From Candidatus Bathyarchaeota archaeon (GTDB lineage Archaea; Thermoproteota; Bathyarchaeia; 40CM-2-53-6), in assembly GCA_963726255.1 (NCBI GenBank), contig CAVSBL010000002.1, positions 1,632,001 to 1,696,000 on the forward strand: a stretch of 64,000 nucleotides of DNA, given 5' to 3'. Below are positions 41,843-50,440 of this stretch, one piece after another. The notes beneath the pieces are model-generated. The model ran no database searches and had not been told where the DNA came from. It worked only from the letters and a program-made list of their open reading frames with translations. A program made the translations under genes and the position numbers. Numbering within the stretch: the first letter of the stretch is position 1; every line of letters starts with the position of its first letter.

Positions 41843-42442
41843 TTAATTGGCGACCGGGGCCGGGTTTGTAGGCTGCACCATTTCTTCGGCAATTTTCGTT
41901 ATGTGGTCGAAGAGTTGGTAGGCCGCAGCGATCTGTTCCGATTCACTCTGCTTCGTGTACGAATCAGCGCCTATGGTTATCTTGCCGCCGCCGATTCTGG
42001 CCTGAAGTTGCATTCGGCCGTCTTCGCTGATCCAACTCATGGAAAGCTGGTTGCCATCGTGCGAGTAGCCGAGCCAACGGAAGTTACTGAACCACCTGCC
42101 CCTAAGCTTCTGGAACAGAACGGTTACGTCAACTTGACTGGGCAAGTATGCGTCGATTATGGGTTTAGCTAACGCTTGGTTAGTTTGAACTGCAAATGAG
42201 TAGGCGTTTCCCGTTCCCTTAAGTTTGTATCCTTCCGGAGACCGCTCGATCACGCGTGCTTCTTCTAGGCGCTTGAGAGTGCGCGTGAGGGTTTCCTGGT
42301 GCAAGCCCAATCTTCTTCTCAGGCCTTGAAATGAGAAGTGGGCATTCTGCTCACTTACCAGTAGCTTCAAGACCTCGCGCTCACGTTCGTCGAGGTCGAA
42401 TTCTTCAAAGTCCGGATTCAACTCGATACTTGGCGCTAACAA
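41843..42442 (-). CDS. Winged-HTH DNA-binding protein
   Basis: FSFQGLRRRLGLHQETLTRTLKRLEE...GY. Confidence 0.8.
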   Translation of the reverse strand: MLAPSIELNPDFEEFDLDEREREVLKLLVSEQNAHFSFQGLRRRLGLHQETLTRTLKRLEEARVIERSPEGYKLKGTGNAYSFAVQTNQALAKPIIDAYLPSQVDVTVLFQKLRGRWFSNFRWLGYSHDGNQLSMSWISEDGRMQLQARIGGGKITIGADSYTKQSESEQIAAAYQLFDHITKIAEEMVQPTNPAPVAN

Positions 42443-42583
42443 GGTTGACCGTCGTAGTTCGCAGACCGCCTTATATTGACTAGTTCCAACTGTTGAGTAA
42501 ATCGATTAACTTTTAAGTAAATTCCATGCATACGGTACGATTCGAGGCTAGCTAGCTCGAAACGTTTCGAGGTGAAGCGTAAG

Positions 42584-42622
42584 GTGGCAAAAGGCCACAA
42601 AAAGAAGAAAATGAAGAAATAA
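42584..42622 (+). CDS. Candidate 12-aa Lys-rich micropeptide MAKGHKKKKMKK
   Basis: GAGGTGA SD at 42569-42575, TTTTAAG box at 42511, T-tracts downstream. Confidence 0.4.
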   Translation: MAKGHKKKKMKK

Positions 42623-42750
42623 GACGCTAAATGTAGCTGAACAGCGTTTTTCCACGTTTTTTATCGATTATTTTTTTCAATGATTTTCCCCCTACCAAAA
42701 ACCATCATAGGGCCTTCCTTACTGGATTTGAACTGGAGGTTACAGACAGG

Positions 42751-43533
42751 ATGAAGATTGCGGCGGTCAAGGTATTCTTCTTCGACCTCGACGGCGTACT
42801 CTCCGTGGGCAAAGAGAATCCGCGCTACTTAGGAGGCCGGGAAGTTCTCAACAAAATCAAATCCCAAGGAAAGAGATCCTTCATTCTAACAAATGATTCA
42901 ACCCACACTCGCCATGAGATTCATCAAAACCTAGCGACGCTAGGTTTCACATTTGAGCTAGAAGAAATTCTCACTTCGAGTTTTCTTACCGCAAACTACC
43001 TGACCCAGAAGTATGGAAAAGCATCATTCTTCTTGATTGGTGAGAATGGTTTGAAGCGTGAGCTTGAAGCAGCCGGACACCAAGAGAAGCATCAGAACCC
43101 TCAGGTCGTAGTAGTAGGCTTAGACAGGGGGTTGACATATGAAAAGCTGGACGATGCGTTACGGTCCCTGAGGGGAGGTGCGCAACTGGTCGGCAGCTAT
43201 GGCGGGGCGGTCTACATGAATGACCACGGCCCCGCGCTATCTGCTGGGCCAATAATCAAAGCACTAGAGTACGGCTCTAGTAAGAAGACCGTCATGATCG
43301 GTAAACCATCGCCACGCATGTTCCGACTAGCCCTTCGCTTAGCGCATGAGAAACCGTCCAACGCGGTCATGATCGGAGATCAGATAGAAACTGACCTGGT
43401 GGGCGCCCATAGGGCTGGTGTTTACACAGTTTTGGTCCTTACTGGAGTTGAAAGCCGCGAAACCATCAGCTCGTCGAAAATTAAACCGGATTTGGTAATT
43501 CAAACCGTTGATAACCTCTTGACGTACCTGTAA
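42751..43533 (+). CDS. HAD-IIA (NagD-like) hydrolase
   Basis: FDLDGV, LTND, IGKPS, IGDQIETD, VLTG. Confidence 0.92.
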   Translation: MKIAAVKVFFFDLDGVLSVGKENPRYLGGREVLNKIKSQGKRSFILTNDSTHTRHEIHQNLATLGFTFELEEILTSSFLTANYLTQKYGKASFFLIGENGLKRELEAAGHQEKHQNPQVVVVGLDRGLTYEKLDDALRSLRGGAQLVGSYGGAVYMNDHGPALSAGPIIKALEYGSSKKTVMIGKPSPRMFRLALRLAHEKPSNAVMIGDQIETDLVGAHRAGVYTVLVLTGVESRETISSSKIKPDLVIQTVDNLLTYL

Positions 43534-43671
43534 CCAAAGTCTGGCACGGGGCTTACATTTTCCAGAGCTGGAATAGAATTAGGCCAACCATCGACGCGAG
43601 AGTAATCATAACGCTTAAGACTGCCGCACCCTTGTTGAGGCTTTACCGTTTGAACAGAAGTAGACTTGAAA

Positions 43672-44238
43672 ATGTCAGAGGAACAAGGACAAGCAGCCGG
43701 CGTTTCGGCACCACCTGTAAAAGTTAGCGAACTTGGCGCCTACTCAAAGCAAGTCAACACAACCGTCAAAGTCGTCCAGAAGGGCGAAGCAAGAGAAACC
43801 GTTTCTCGACAGGACGGAACAACACACCGCGTGTTGGACGCACTTGTTGGAGACGACACTGGCACAATCTACATGACCCTGTGGGACGACAACATAGACA
43901 AAGTCAACGAGGGTGACACAGTCAACGTCAAGAACGGGTACGTGCGACCGTTCAAGGGTTCGATGCGATTGAACATCGGCCGTTACGGTACCCTAGAACC
44001 AGCAGAAACCCCCCTCGGCGACGTGAACACACAGAACAACCTATCCGACAAGGTCGTTGAAGAAAGACCCTACCGCTCCTTCGGAGGCGGCGGAAGAGGC
44101 TACGGAGGCGGCGGAGGTTACGGCCGCGGTGGCGGAGGCTACGGGCGCGGCGGCGGTGGTGGCGGCGGCGGGTACGGTAGAGGCCGGGGCAGAGGCGGCT
44201 ACGGCGGCGGCAGAGACCGCGGACGCGACCGCTACTAG
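43672..44238 (+). CDS. ssb: Single-stranded DNA-binding protein (single OB fold, Gly/Arg-rich tail)
   Basis: VGDDTGTIYMTLWD, NGYV, LNIGRYG, RGG tail. Confidence 0.9.
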   Translation: MSEEQGQAAGVSAPPVKVSELGAYSKQVNTTVKVVQKGEARETVSRQDGTTHRVLDALVGDDTGTIYMTLWDDNIDKVNEGDTVNVKNGYVRPFKGSMRLNIGRYGTLEPAETPLGDVNTQNNLSDKVVEERPYRSFGGGGRGYGGGGGYGRGGGGYGRGGGGGGGGYGRGRGRGGYGGGRDRGRDRY

Positions 44239-44310
44239 AAACCGGATTTGCAGCAGACCGCTGCGGAAAAACTCCTACAATCTTTTTTCTTTTAGTCTTC
44301 TCGGCCTAGC

Positions 44311-44526
44311 TCATCTTGACAGCATTAGGATGAGTTCGCGAAGTTTCTTTGGAAATCTTTGACTGTGAATTCGGTAACCTTTCTCGCGTAGAATCTTGCC
44401 CAACCTTAACGAGCCTGCCCAAAGTTCTTCCTTCGTCGTCCAGCAAATCCGTTCGTCCTGAACAAACCAAACCTCGTTGTCGCTAGCGATAACGTCGACC
44501 CCGTCAATCTTCCGGCGTAGGCCCAT
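44311..44526 (-). CDS. Small hypothetical protein
   Basis: 71 aa ATG ORF filling the gap between ssb and the ParB gene. Confidence 0.55.
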   Translation of the reverse strand: MGLRRKIDGVDVIASDNEVWFVQDERICWTTKEELWAGSLRLGKILREKGYRIHSQRFPKKLRELILMLSR

Positions 44527-44612
44527 TGATCCCTAATCCCTACACTCCAATTCCCTAAACAGAACAATTTAAAATTGTATACTGTACCGTAAACTAGTGT
44601 AGGGTACCCTTT

Positions 44613-45485
44613 ATGGCTGCCATGACGGACCTTGAAACCGTAAAACTATTCGTTGGCGAATCGAACGTTCGCAAATCGGTAGGAGACATAACCGAACTGA
44701 AACTGTCGATTCAAGAGAAGGGAATCCTAGAACCACTGCTAGTCAGGCCGCTCAAGAATAGGTTCGAAATCGTTGTCGGGTCGAGAAGGTATGAGGCCGC
44801 GAAGTCGCTTGGCCTGAAAAAAGTGCCCGCTATCATAAGGCCGATGAGTGACACCGAAGCGCTTTCTCTCTCACTCGTCGAGAACATTCAAAGGAACGAT
44901 CTTGAGCTTGAGGAAGAGGCGGAAGCCGTTCTCAAACTTATGAAACTCGATCCGAAACGGTTTGCAAACGCGAAGGCTGTTGCAAAAGTGATCGGCCGGT
45001 CCGAGAACTCAATCCGCGAGCTGCTGGATGCGTACGAGCTCACCTTCAAACTCAGAGCTAGGGGGATGGACATCCATGCTGCCAGAGCTCCGTCGGACGA
45101 GCAGAGGAGACGCGCGGAAGCAATCCCGCTAGCGCACACTGAACTAGTCGCTCGCGCTTTGAAAACAGCTGAGGTGAGAAGGCTTTCGAGCCGAGATTTT
45201 GATCGCAAGGTGCCAGAGATAGTTAGGGCGATCGCCCCCCTACCCGAAGAGGATGCCCGTAAGGTTGTTGATCGTTTCAAAATGTTCCCTGAGAAAACGA
45301 TAGAAGCAATCAAAGAAGAAGCGCTGGCGAAACAAACTGGGGTCTCGATCAAAGTCTACTTCGCGCCCAGAATCGGGCGGGCCCTTAATCAAGCGGCTGA
45401 AGAACGCGATATCTCAGAAGAAGAGTTAGTCTCAATCGCAGTTGAAGAATGGCTCGTTTCAAAAGGATACCTGAAATCAGTCTGA
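44613..45485 (+). CDS. ParB/Srx N-terminal domain protein
   Basis: SIQEKGILEPLLVR, GSRRYEA, SLVENIQRNDL...EEA, HTH-like segment. Confidence 0.88.
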   Translation: MAAMTDLETVKLFVGESNVRKSVGDITELKLSIQEKGILEPLLVRPLKNRFEIVVGSRRYEAAKSLGLKKVPAIIRPMSDTEALSLSLVENIQRNDLELEEEAEAVLKLMKLDPKRFANAKAVAKVIGRSENSIRELLDAYELTFKLRARGMDIHAARAPSDEQRRRAEAIPLAHTELVARALKTAEVRRLSSRDFDRKVPEIVRAIAPLPEEDARKVVDRFKMFPEKTIEAIKEEALAKQTGVSIKVYFAPRIGRALNQAAEERDISEEELVSIAVEEWLVSKGYLKSV

Positions 45486-45515
45486 GAACGCTTCCACCGT
45501 TCGGGCTATGACTTC

Positions 45516-46157
45516 CTAGAGCGACGGAAGAATGTAATGCGTGACGAAGTAAAGCAAGACGAAATATACAGCGAGCAACCCGATCGAAATCAACAAGTTT
45601 CTCTTCCACTGCACGCTCCAAGCTATGCCCAGCGGTAGCCCAAGTGAGAACCCGATGATGTGCGATATGTAGGCTACATTACTCTGCTGTTGGTAGTAGA
45701 CCGCCAACCCGTTGTAAAGGAAGTACAGTATGGCAACTAACCCCACAGGCATGAACAGGAGCCAAGACCACCTCAAAGGTTTCATCAACATTACGACGGC
45801 AGTCAACGTGAAGATTGCGGCAGAAGCTCCGACGAAACTTGTACCAGGCGGAAAGAAAGGGATACTCAACGGAAAACTAAGTATGCCCCCGAGGAAGAAA
45901 GCAGTAAGCATCTGACGTTTGGAGTTTGTCACACTCTCCAACGTATTTCCGAAAACGTACAGAAAAATCATGTTTCCCAGTATGTGAAGGATGCTAGCGT
46001 GGACGAAGATCGCTGTAACGAGCGTCCAAACTCTTCCCTCTTGCAGATTAGTAAGACTGAAAGCAAGGTAACGGTCCACATCAGCGGGACTCATCGCAGT
46101 CCAGGCGTAAAGAGTCACCACAACGCAAATCAGAATGAGAATGTTTGTGGCACGCAT
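45516..46157 (-). CDS. Rhomboid intramembrane serine protease
   Basis: HILGNM, GASA, SHIIG. Confidence 0.9.
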   Translation of the reverse strand: MRATNILILICVVVTLYAWTAMSPADVDRYLAFSLTNLQEGRVWTLVTAIFVHASILHILGNMIFLYVFGNTLESVTNSKRQMLTAFFLGGILSFPLSIPFFPPGTSFVGASAAIFTLTAVVMLMKPLRWSWLLFMPVGLVAILYFLYNGLAVYYQQQSNVAYISHIIGFSLGLPLGIAWSVQWKRNLLISIGLLAVYFVLLYFVTHYILPSL

Positions 46158-46218
46158 GGCTGACAACTCCGCCGTAGCAAATCCACAGCCCATCACTCAA
46201 AAAGCTAACCCAAGCCTC

Positions 46219-46899
46219 ATGTCAGAAACGCTCCTCGTGATCCCGACTCTTAACGAAGAAGACGCGATCGAAGGACTGCTGGCCGAATCACGCGCATGCG
46301 GTTTCAAGAACATAATCGTGGTCGATGGTAAAAGCACTGACCGAACGAAAGAAATTGCAGAAAAAGCCGGCGTCAAAGTCATCATACAGGATTTCGGCAA
46401 AGGCAAGGGGTGCGGCATCCGAACCGCAATGAGAGATTTTCTCCAAAGCACAGCCAAGGTACTTTGTATCATAGACGGTGACGGGACGAACGACCCGTCG
46501 TGGCTCACAAAGATGATGACAATTGTCGAGAACGATAAGGCAGACGTGGTTCTAGGTTCGAGGACTCGTGGTCCGAGGGATGCTCATTCGATGCCCTTGG
46601 TAAGCCTCGCATCCAATGTCACGGTTTCATTCTTACTCGGGGCCAAGTTCCGGCGTCTGTTTACAGATGTTCAAACCGGGTACTGGGTATTCACTAGGGA
46701 TTCAGTTCAGCGAATCTACCCCGAAATTCATTCAACGGGATTCGAAATTGAATTGGAACTCTTCGTCACACTCTTCAAAGAAGGCCTCCGGGTACAAGAG
46801 ATTCCGGTCGGCTTTAGGCTGCGCAAAGGAACAACCAAATTCAGTTTCGGGATGCGCATCAGGAACTTATACTATGCATTCAAGTTCCTTGCATCATGA
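46219..46899 (+). CDS. GT2 glycosyltransferase (DPM-synthase-like)
   Basis: IPTLNEE, VDGKSTD, DGDG, DVQTGY, FEIE. Confidence 0.9.
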   Translation: MSETLLVIPTLNEEDAIEGLLAESRACGFKNIIVVDGKSTDRTKEIAEKAGVKVIIQDFGKGKGCGIRTAMRDFLQSTAKVLCIIDGDGTNDPSWLTKMMTIVENDKADVVLGSRTRGPRDAHSMPLVSLASNVTVSFLLGAKFRRLFTDVQTGYWVFTRDSVQRIYPEIHSTGFEIELELFVTLFKEGLRVQEIPVGFRLRKGTTKFSFGMRIRNLYYAFKFLAS

Positions 46900-46998
46900 A
46901 GTGCAGCTCAGACAGAATGTTCGATGGTCAGAGCGGCCAGTTTCGCAGGATAAAGAAAAGCTAAGTTCAGCGGCTACCATTCATCGCGCAGAACGAGT

Positions 46999-48588
46999 AT
47001 GACCTTGAGGATAAAGACCACCCTACTGAGCGTTTACGATAAGACTGGTATTGTTGATTTCGCTCGCGGGCTCCGCGAATTAGGAGTAGAATTGCTGTCA
47101 ACAGGCGGGACAGGAAAATTGCTGTCTGAAAAAGGAATTGCAGTCCGTGATATTGCAGATTACACCGGCTTTCCCGAAATTCTGGACGGCCGCGTTAAGA
47201 GCCTGCATCCGAAAATTCACGCTGGCTTACTATTTAGACGTGGCATAGCAAGCGACCGCGATACCATCGACAAGCTGGGAATCATGCCGATCGATATGGT
47301 TGTCGTGAACCTATATCCGTTCGAGAAAGTCGCGGCACAATCGCCTAGCTTGGACAATGCCTTGGAAAACATCGACATTGGTGGTCCTACAATGATTCGG
47401 GCAGCTGCGAAGAACTATCAGAGTGTGGCTGTAGTAACCGACCCGGCTGATTATTTGCAAGTTCTCGCCGAACTCAGGGGCAACAATGGAAATCTCTCTG
47501 AGAAGACTAGCTCGCAGTTAATGCTCAAGGCTTTCGAACGCACAGCAGCTTATGATGCCGCGATTTCATCATTCTTCCAAACCAGAGCGCGGAATGGTGT
47601 GCGCAGCGAATGGCCCGCCCCTCGAAGCCTAGTATTGAATTTCGAGAAAATCCATGACTTACGCTACGGTGAGAACCCGCACCAGAAGGCTGCAGTCTAC
47701 CGCAACCGATACGAGAACGATTGCATAGCTTCCTCCCCCATGGTAGCGGGCGAGAAAGAGCTAAGCTACACAAACATACTCGACGCCGACGCTGCTTACA
47801 GCTTGGTAGCCGAACTCGGGGGCATCGTTGCCACAGCCATAATCAAACACACGAACCCTTGTGGCGTTGGAAAAGGGAAGACACTGGCGGAATCATGCCG
47901 CAAAGCTTTGGAAACTGACCCTGTCTCATCCTTTGGCGGGGTTTACTCATTCACAAGGCCAGTCGACATTGAAACTGCCAATCTGCTCAGCGACAAGTTT
48001 GTCGAGCTGGTTCTAGCGCCAGGGTTCGAAGATGAAGCCCTGCGTGTTCTTTCGGCAAAGAAGAATCGACGCATTCTTAACATTTCAGGGCAATTGAATG
48101 CTAACAGGAAGGAATCGGGAACCCAGAAAAACTTTCGTTGGATCCACGGCGGCATCCTTTACCAAGACCAGGATGAACAACTTATTGACGAACAAAACCG
48201 GAAAACCGTAACGAAACGGCAGCCGACTCCTAGCGAGTTGGATGCCCTTCTGTTTGCGTGGAAAATTGTGAAGCATGTCAAGTCGAACGCCATTGTACTA
48301 TCCACACCAGAGCAACTTGTCGGAGTGGGAGCAGGACAAATGAGCAGAGTTGACTCGTGTAAAATCGCACTGATGAAAGCGCAGGACGCGGGGCTAAATG
48401 TTAAGGGAACCGTTATGGCATCGGACGCCTTCCTTCCATTCAGGGACTCCGTTGACTTGATGGGCAAAGCAGGGGTAACTGCAATCATTCAACCTGGCGG
48501 TTCGATACGCGACCCCGAAGTAATACGGGCAGCAGACGAGTTCGGAATGGCGATGCAGTTCACCGGCATAAGGCACTTCGTGCACTAG
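46999..48588 (+). CDS. purH: Bifunctional AICAR transformylase/IMP cyclohydrolase
   Basis: SVYDKTG, GRVKSLHP, IDIGGP, LRYGENPHQ, KHTNPCG, GQMSR, RHF. Confidence 0.97.
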   Translation: MTLRIKTTLLSVYDKTGIVDFARGLRELGVELLSTGGTGKLLSEKGIAVRDIADYTGFPEILDGRVKSLHPKIHAGLLFRRGIASDRDTIDKLGIMPIDMVVVNLYPFEKVAAQSPSLDNALENIDIGGPTMIRAAAKNYQSVAVVTDPADYLQVLAELRGNNGNLSEKTSSQLMLKAFERTAAYDAAISSFFQTRARNGVRSEWPAPRSLVLNFEKIHDLRYGENPHQKAAVYRNRYENDCIASSPMVAGEKELSYTNILDADAAYSLVAELGGIVATAIIKHTNPCGVGKGKTLAESCRKALETDPVSSFGGVYSFTRPVDIETANLLSDKFVELVLAPGFEDEALRVLSAKKNRRILNISGQLNANRKESGTQKNFRWIHGGILYQDQDEQLIDEQNRKTVTKRQPTPSELDALLFAWKIVKHVKSNAIVLSTPEQLVGVGAGQMSRVDSCKIALMKAQDAGLNVKGTVMASDAFLPFRDSVDLMGKAGVTAIIQPGGSIRDPEVIRAADEFGMAMQFTGIRHFVH

Positions 48589-48780
48589 AAAGTGAGAACG
48601 AGGCGGACGGATTTCCAGTGGAACACTGGCATCACCTTTCAACATCGCGATAACAAAATCACCTTAGGCGGCCTAGCTCTACGTGTTGACGCATGTGAAT
48701 CAAAGACTCCGCCAACCGTCAGTCTCTAGCAGAACGAATCCGAAGAAAGGGACACAATCGTGTTAAAAATGGCTTTTACG

Positions 48781-48790
48781 TTCACGTGAA
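48781..48790. promoter_or_regulatory. Palindrome TTCACGTGAA directly upstream of purC
   Basis: Perfect 10-bp palindrome between TTTTAC and ATG 48803. Confidence 0.35.
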
Positions 48791-48802
48791 TATTAACAAA
48801 AC

Positions 48803-49531
48803 ATGTCAGTTTCTATCCTTTCGTCAGGTAAAACGAAGACTGTTTCGCCTGCCGACCAACCTAACCAAGCGATTCTAACCTTTCGGGACGATGTTACTGC
48901 TGGTGACGGCAAAAAGCACGATATTCTTCCCGGAAAAGGCAAGATTAATGCGGCGATAACCGCGAAACTCTACGGAGTTTTCACGGAACATCAAATTTCA
49001 AATCACCTTCTCAAGCAACTTGACGATGTTCGTCTCCTCGTTACGAAGCTGGAAATGATACCAGTAGAAGTTGTCTGCAGAATTCGCGCAGCCGGCCACT
49101 TCATAGGTATTGGAAAGCTCTTCAAGAACGGCGACAAGCTCCCGTTTCCTATTGTTGAGTTCTACTTGAAAGATGACTCGCTCCACGATCCAATGCTAAC
49201 TGACCAGCATCTCAAGCTCCTCCAACTTGCCAACGATGACGAAATTGAAGAAATCAAGCAGGTCACACTGAAGGCCGCGACCGTACTAGAGAAGTTCTTC
49301 GATGAAAGAGGAGCAATTCTCGTGGACTTCAAACTCGAATTCGGGCGGGATGCCAACGGCAAACTCTTGGTCGGTGATGAACTAAGCCCAGATTCTTGGA
49401 GGCTTTGGGACAAAGAGACTAAGGAAATCTTGGACAAGGACAGGTACCGCAAGGATCTGCCTGGAGTTTTCGAGCTAGGGTACATGGAACCCTTCAGGAG
49501 AGTTTGTAGTGGAACAAACATTCTCAGTTGA
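48803..49531 (+). CDS. purC: SAICAR synthetase
   Basis: GKTK, FRDDVTAGDG, IPVEVV, DFKLEFG, DELSPDSWRLWD, LDKD. Confidence 0.96.
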   Translation: MSVSILSSGKTKTVSPADQPNQAILTFRDDVTAGDGKKHDILPGKGKINAAITAKLYGVFTEHQISNHLLKQLDDVRLLVTKLEMIPVEVVCRIRAAGHFIGIGKLFKNGDKLPFPIVEFYLKDDSLHDPMLTDQHLKLLQLANDDEIEEIKQVTLKAATVLEKFFDERGAILVDFKLEFGRDANGKLLVGDELSPDSWRLWDKETKEILDKDRYRKDLPGVFELGYMEPFRRVCSGTNILS

Positions 49532-49769
49532 GATAGTCATATCCAACAAGCCACGGGCCCGAGACCCTGAGGGGGAGACCATAGAACGTGACTTAATCCA
49601 CAAGGAAGGATTCCATTCAGTGAAGGAAGTCCGGACAGGCAAACTGCTAATGGTTAAGGTCGAAGCATCAAACGAGGACGAGGCAAGGAACAAAGCCCTC
49701 CAAATGTGCAACGACCTGAGACTGTACAACCCAGTCGCGCACGCATTAAACGTGAGAGTTAGGCAATAG
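49509..49769 (+). CDS. purS: FGAM synthase subunit PurS
   Basis: DPEG, VRTGK, NPV; operon position. Confidence 0.92.
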   Translation: MEQTFSVEIVISNKPRARDPEGETIERDLIHKEGFHSVKEVRTGKLLMVKVEASNEDEARNKALQMCNDLRLYNPVAHALNVRVRQ

Positions 49770-49771
49770 AC

Positions 49772-50440
49772 TTGAAGGTCGCGGTAATTCAGTTTCCGGG
49801 AAGCAACTGTGACCGTGACACTCTACACGTTCTCAGGAACGTGCTGAGTCTCGATGCGGACCTCATTTGGCACAACGATTTCAATGATTCATCATATGAT
49901 GCCGCGGTTCTACCCGGCGGGTTCAGCTTCGGCGACCACCTGAGAGCCGGCATTATCGCAGCCCACTCACCCGCAATCGACGCAATAAGGAAAATGGCTG
50001 AAGATGGAAGACCGGTTATTGGCATTTGCAACGGCTTCCAAATCCTGGTTGAAGCTGGCCTCATTCCGGGGGCACTGTTGCGTAATTCATCGTTGAAGTT
50101 CGTGTGCAAGTGGATGAACCTGCGTGTGGAGAGGAGCCGGACAGCATTCACCAACTTGTTTGAAGGAATTCCGCAGATCAGGATGCCCATAGCCCACAAT
50201 GAGGGGCGTTTCTTTGCTGAAGACGAAGTCCTTGACCACTTGGCAGGCGAAGGGATGGTTGTCATAACATATGCCGGCGAGAACCCTACGGGAACATCCC
50301 GCAGTATAGCTTCACTCTCTAACAAAGAAGGAAACGTCGTTGGCATGATGCCCCATCCGGAACGGGCAAGTGACCCCGCACTTGGTGGAACGGATGGGTT
50401 GAGAGTTTTCAAGTCAATGGTAGAGTGGATCAGATGCTAG
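49772..50440 (+). CDS. purQ: FGAM synthase glutaminase subunit
   Basis: FPGSNCD, PGGFSFGD, GICNGFQ, MPHPER. Confidence 0.96.
   Translation: MKVAVIQFPGSNCDRDTLHVLRNVLSLDADLIWHNDFNDSSYDAAVLPGGFSFGDHLRAGIIAAHSPAIDAIRKMAEDGRPVIGICNGFQILVEAGLIPGALLRNSSLKFVCKWMNLRVERSRTAFTNLFEGIPQIRMPIAHNEGRFFAEDEVLDHLAGEGMVVITYAGENPTGTSRSIASLSNKEGNVVGMMPHPERASDPALGGTDGLRVFKSMVEWIRC

Noticed and set aside
44083-44235. GGC-rich tandem repeats
   Set aside because: They encode the Gly/Arg tail of SSB.
48612-48624. ORB-like TTCCAGTGGAA (and TCCAGTCGAA near 63770)
   Set aside because: Isolated copies, no G-string, no cdc6/orc1 gene in the window.
48778-48793. Bacterial parS match
   Set aside because: Only the central 10 of 16 bases match TGTTTCACGTGAAACA.
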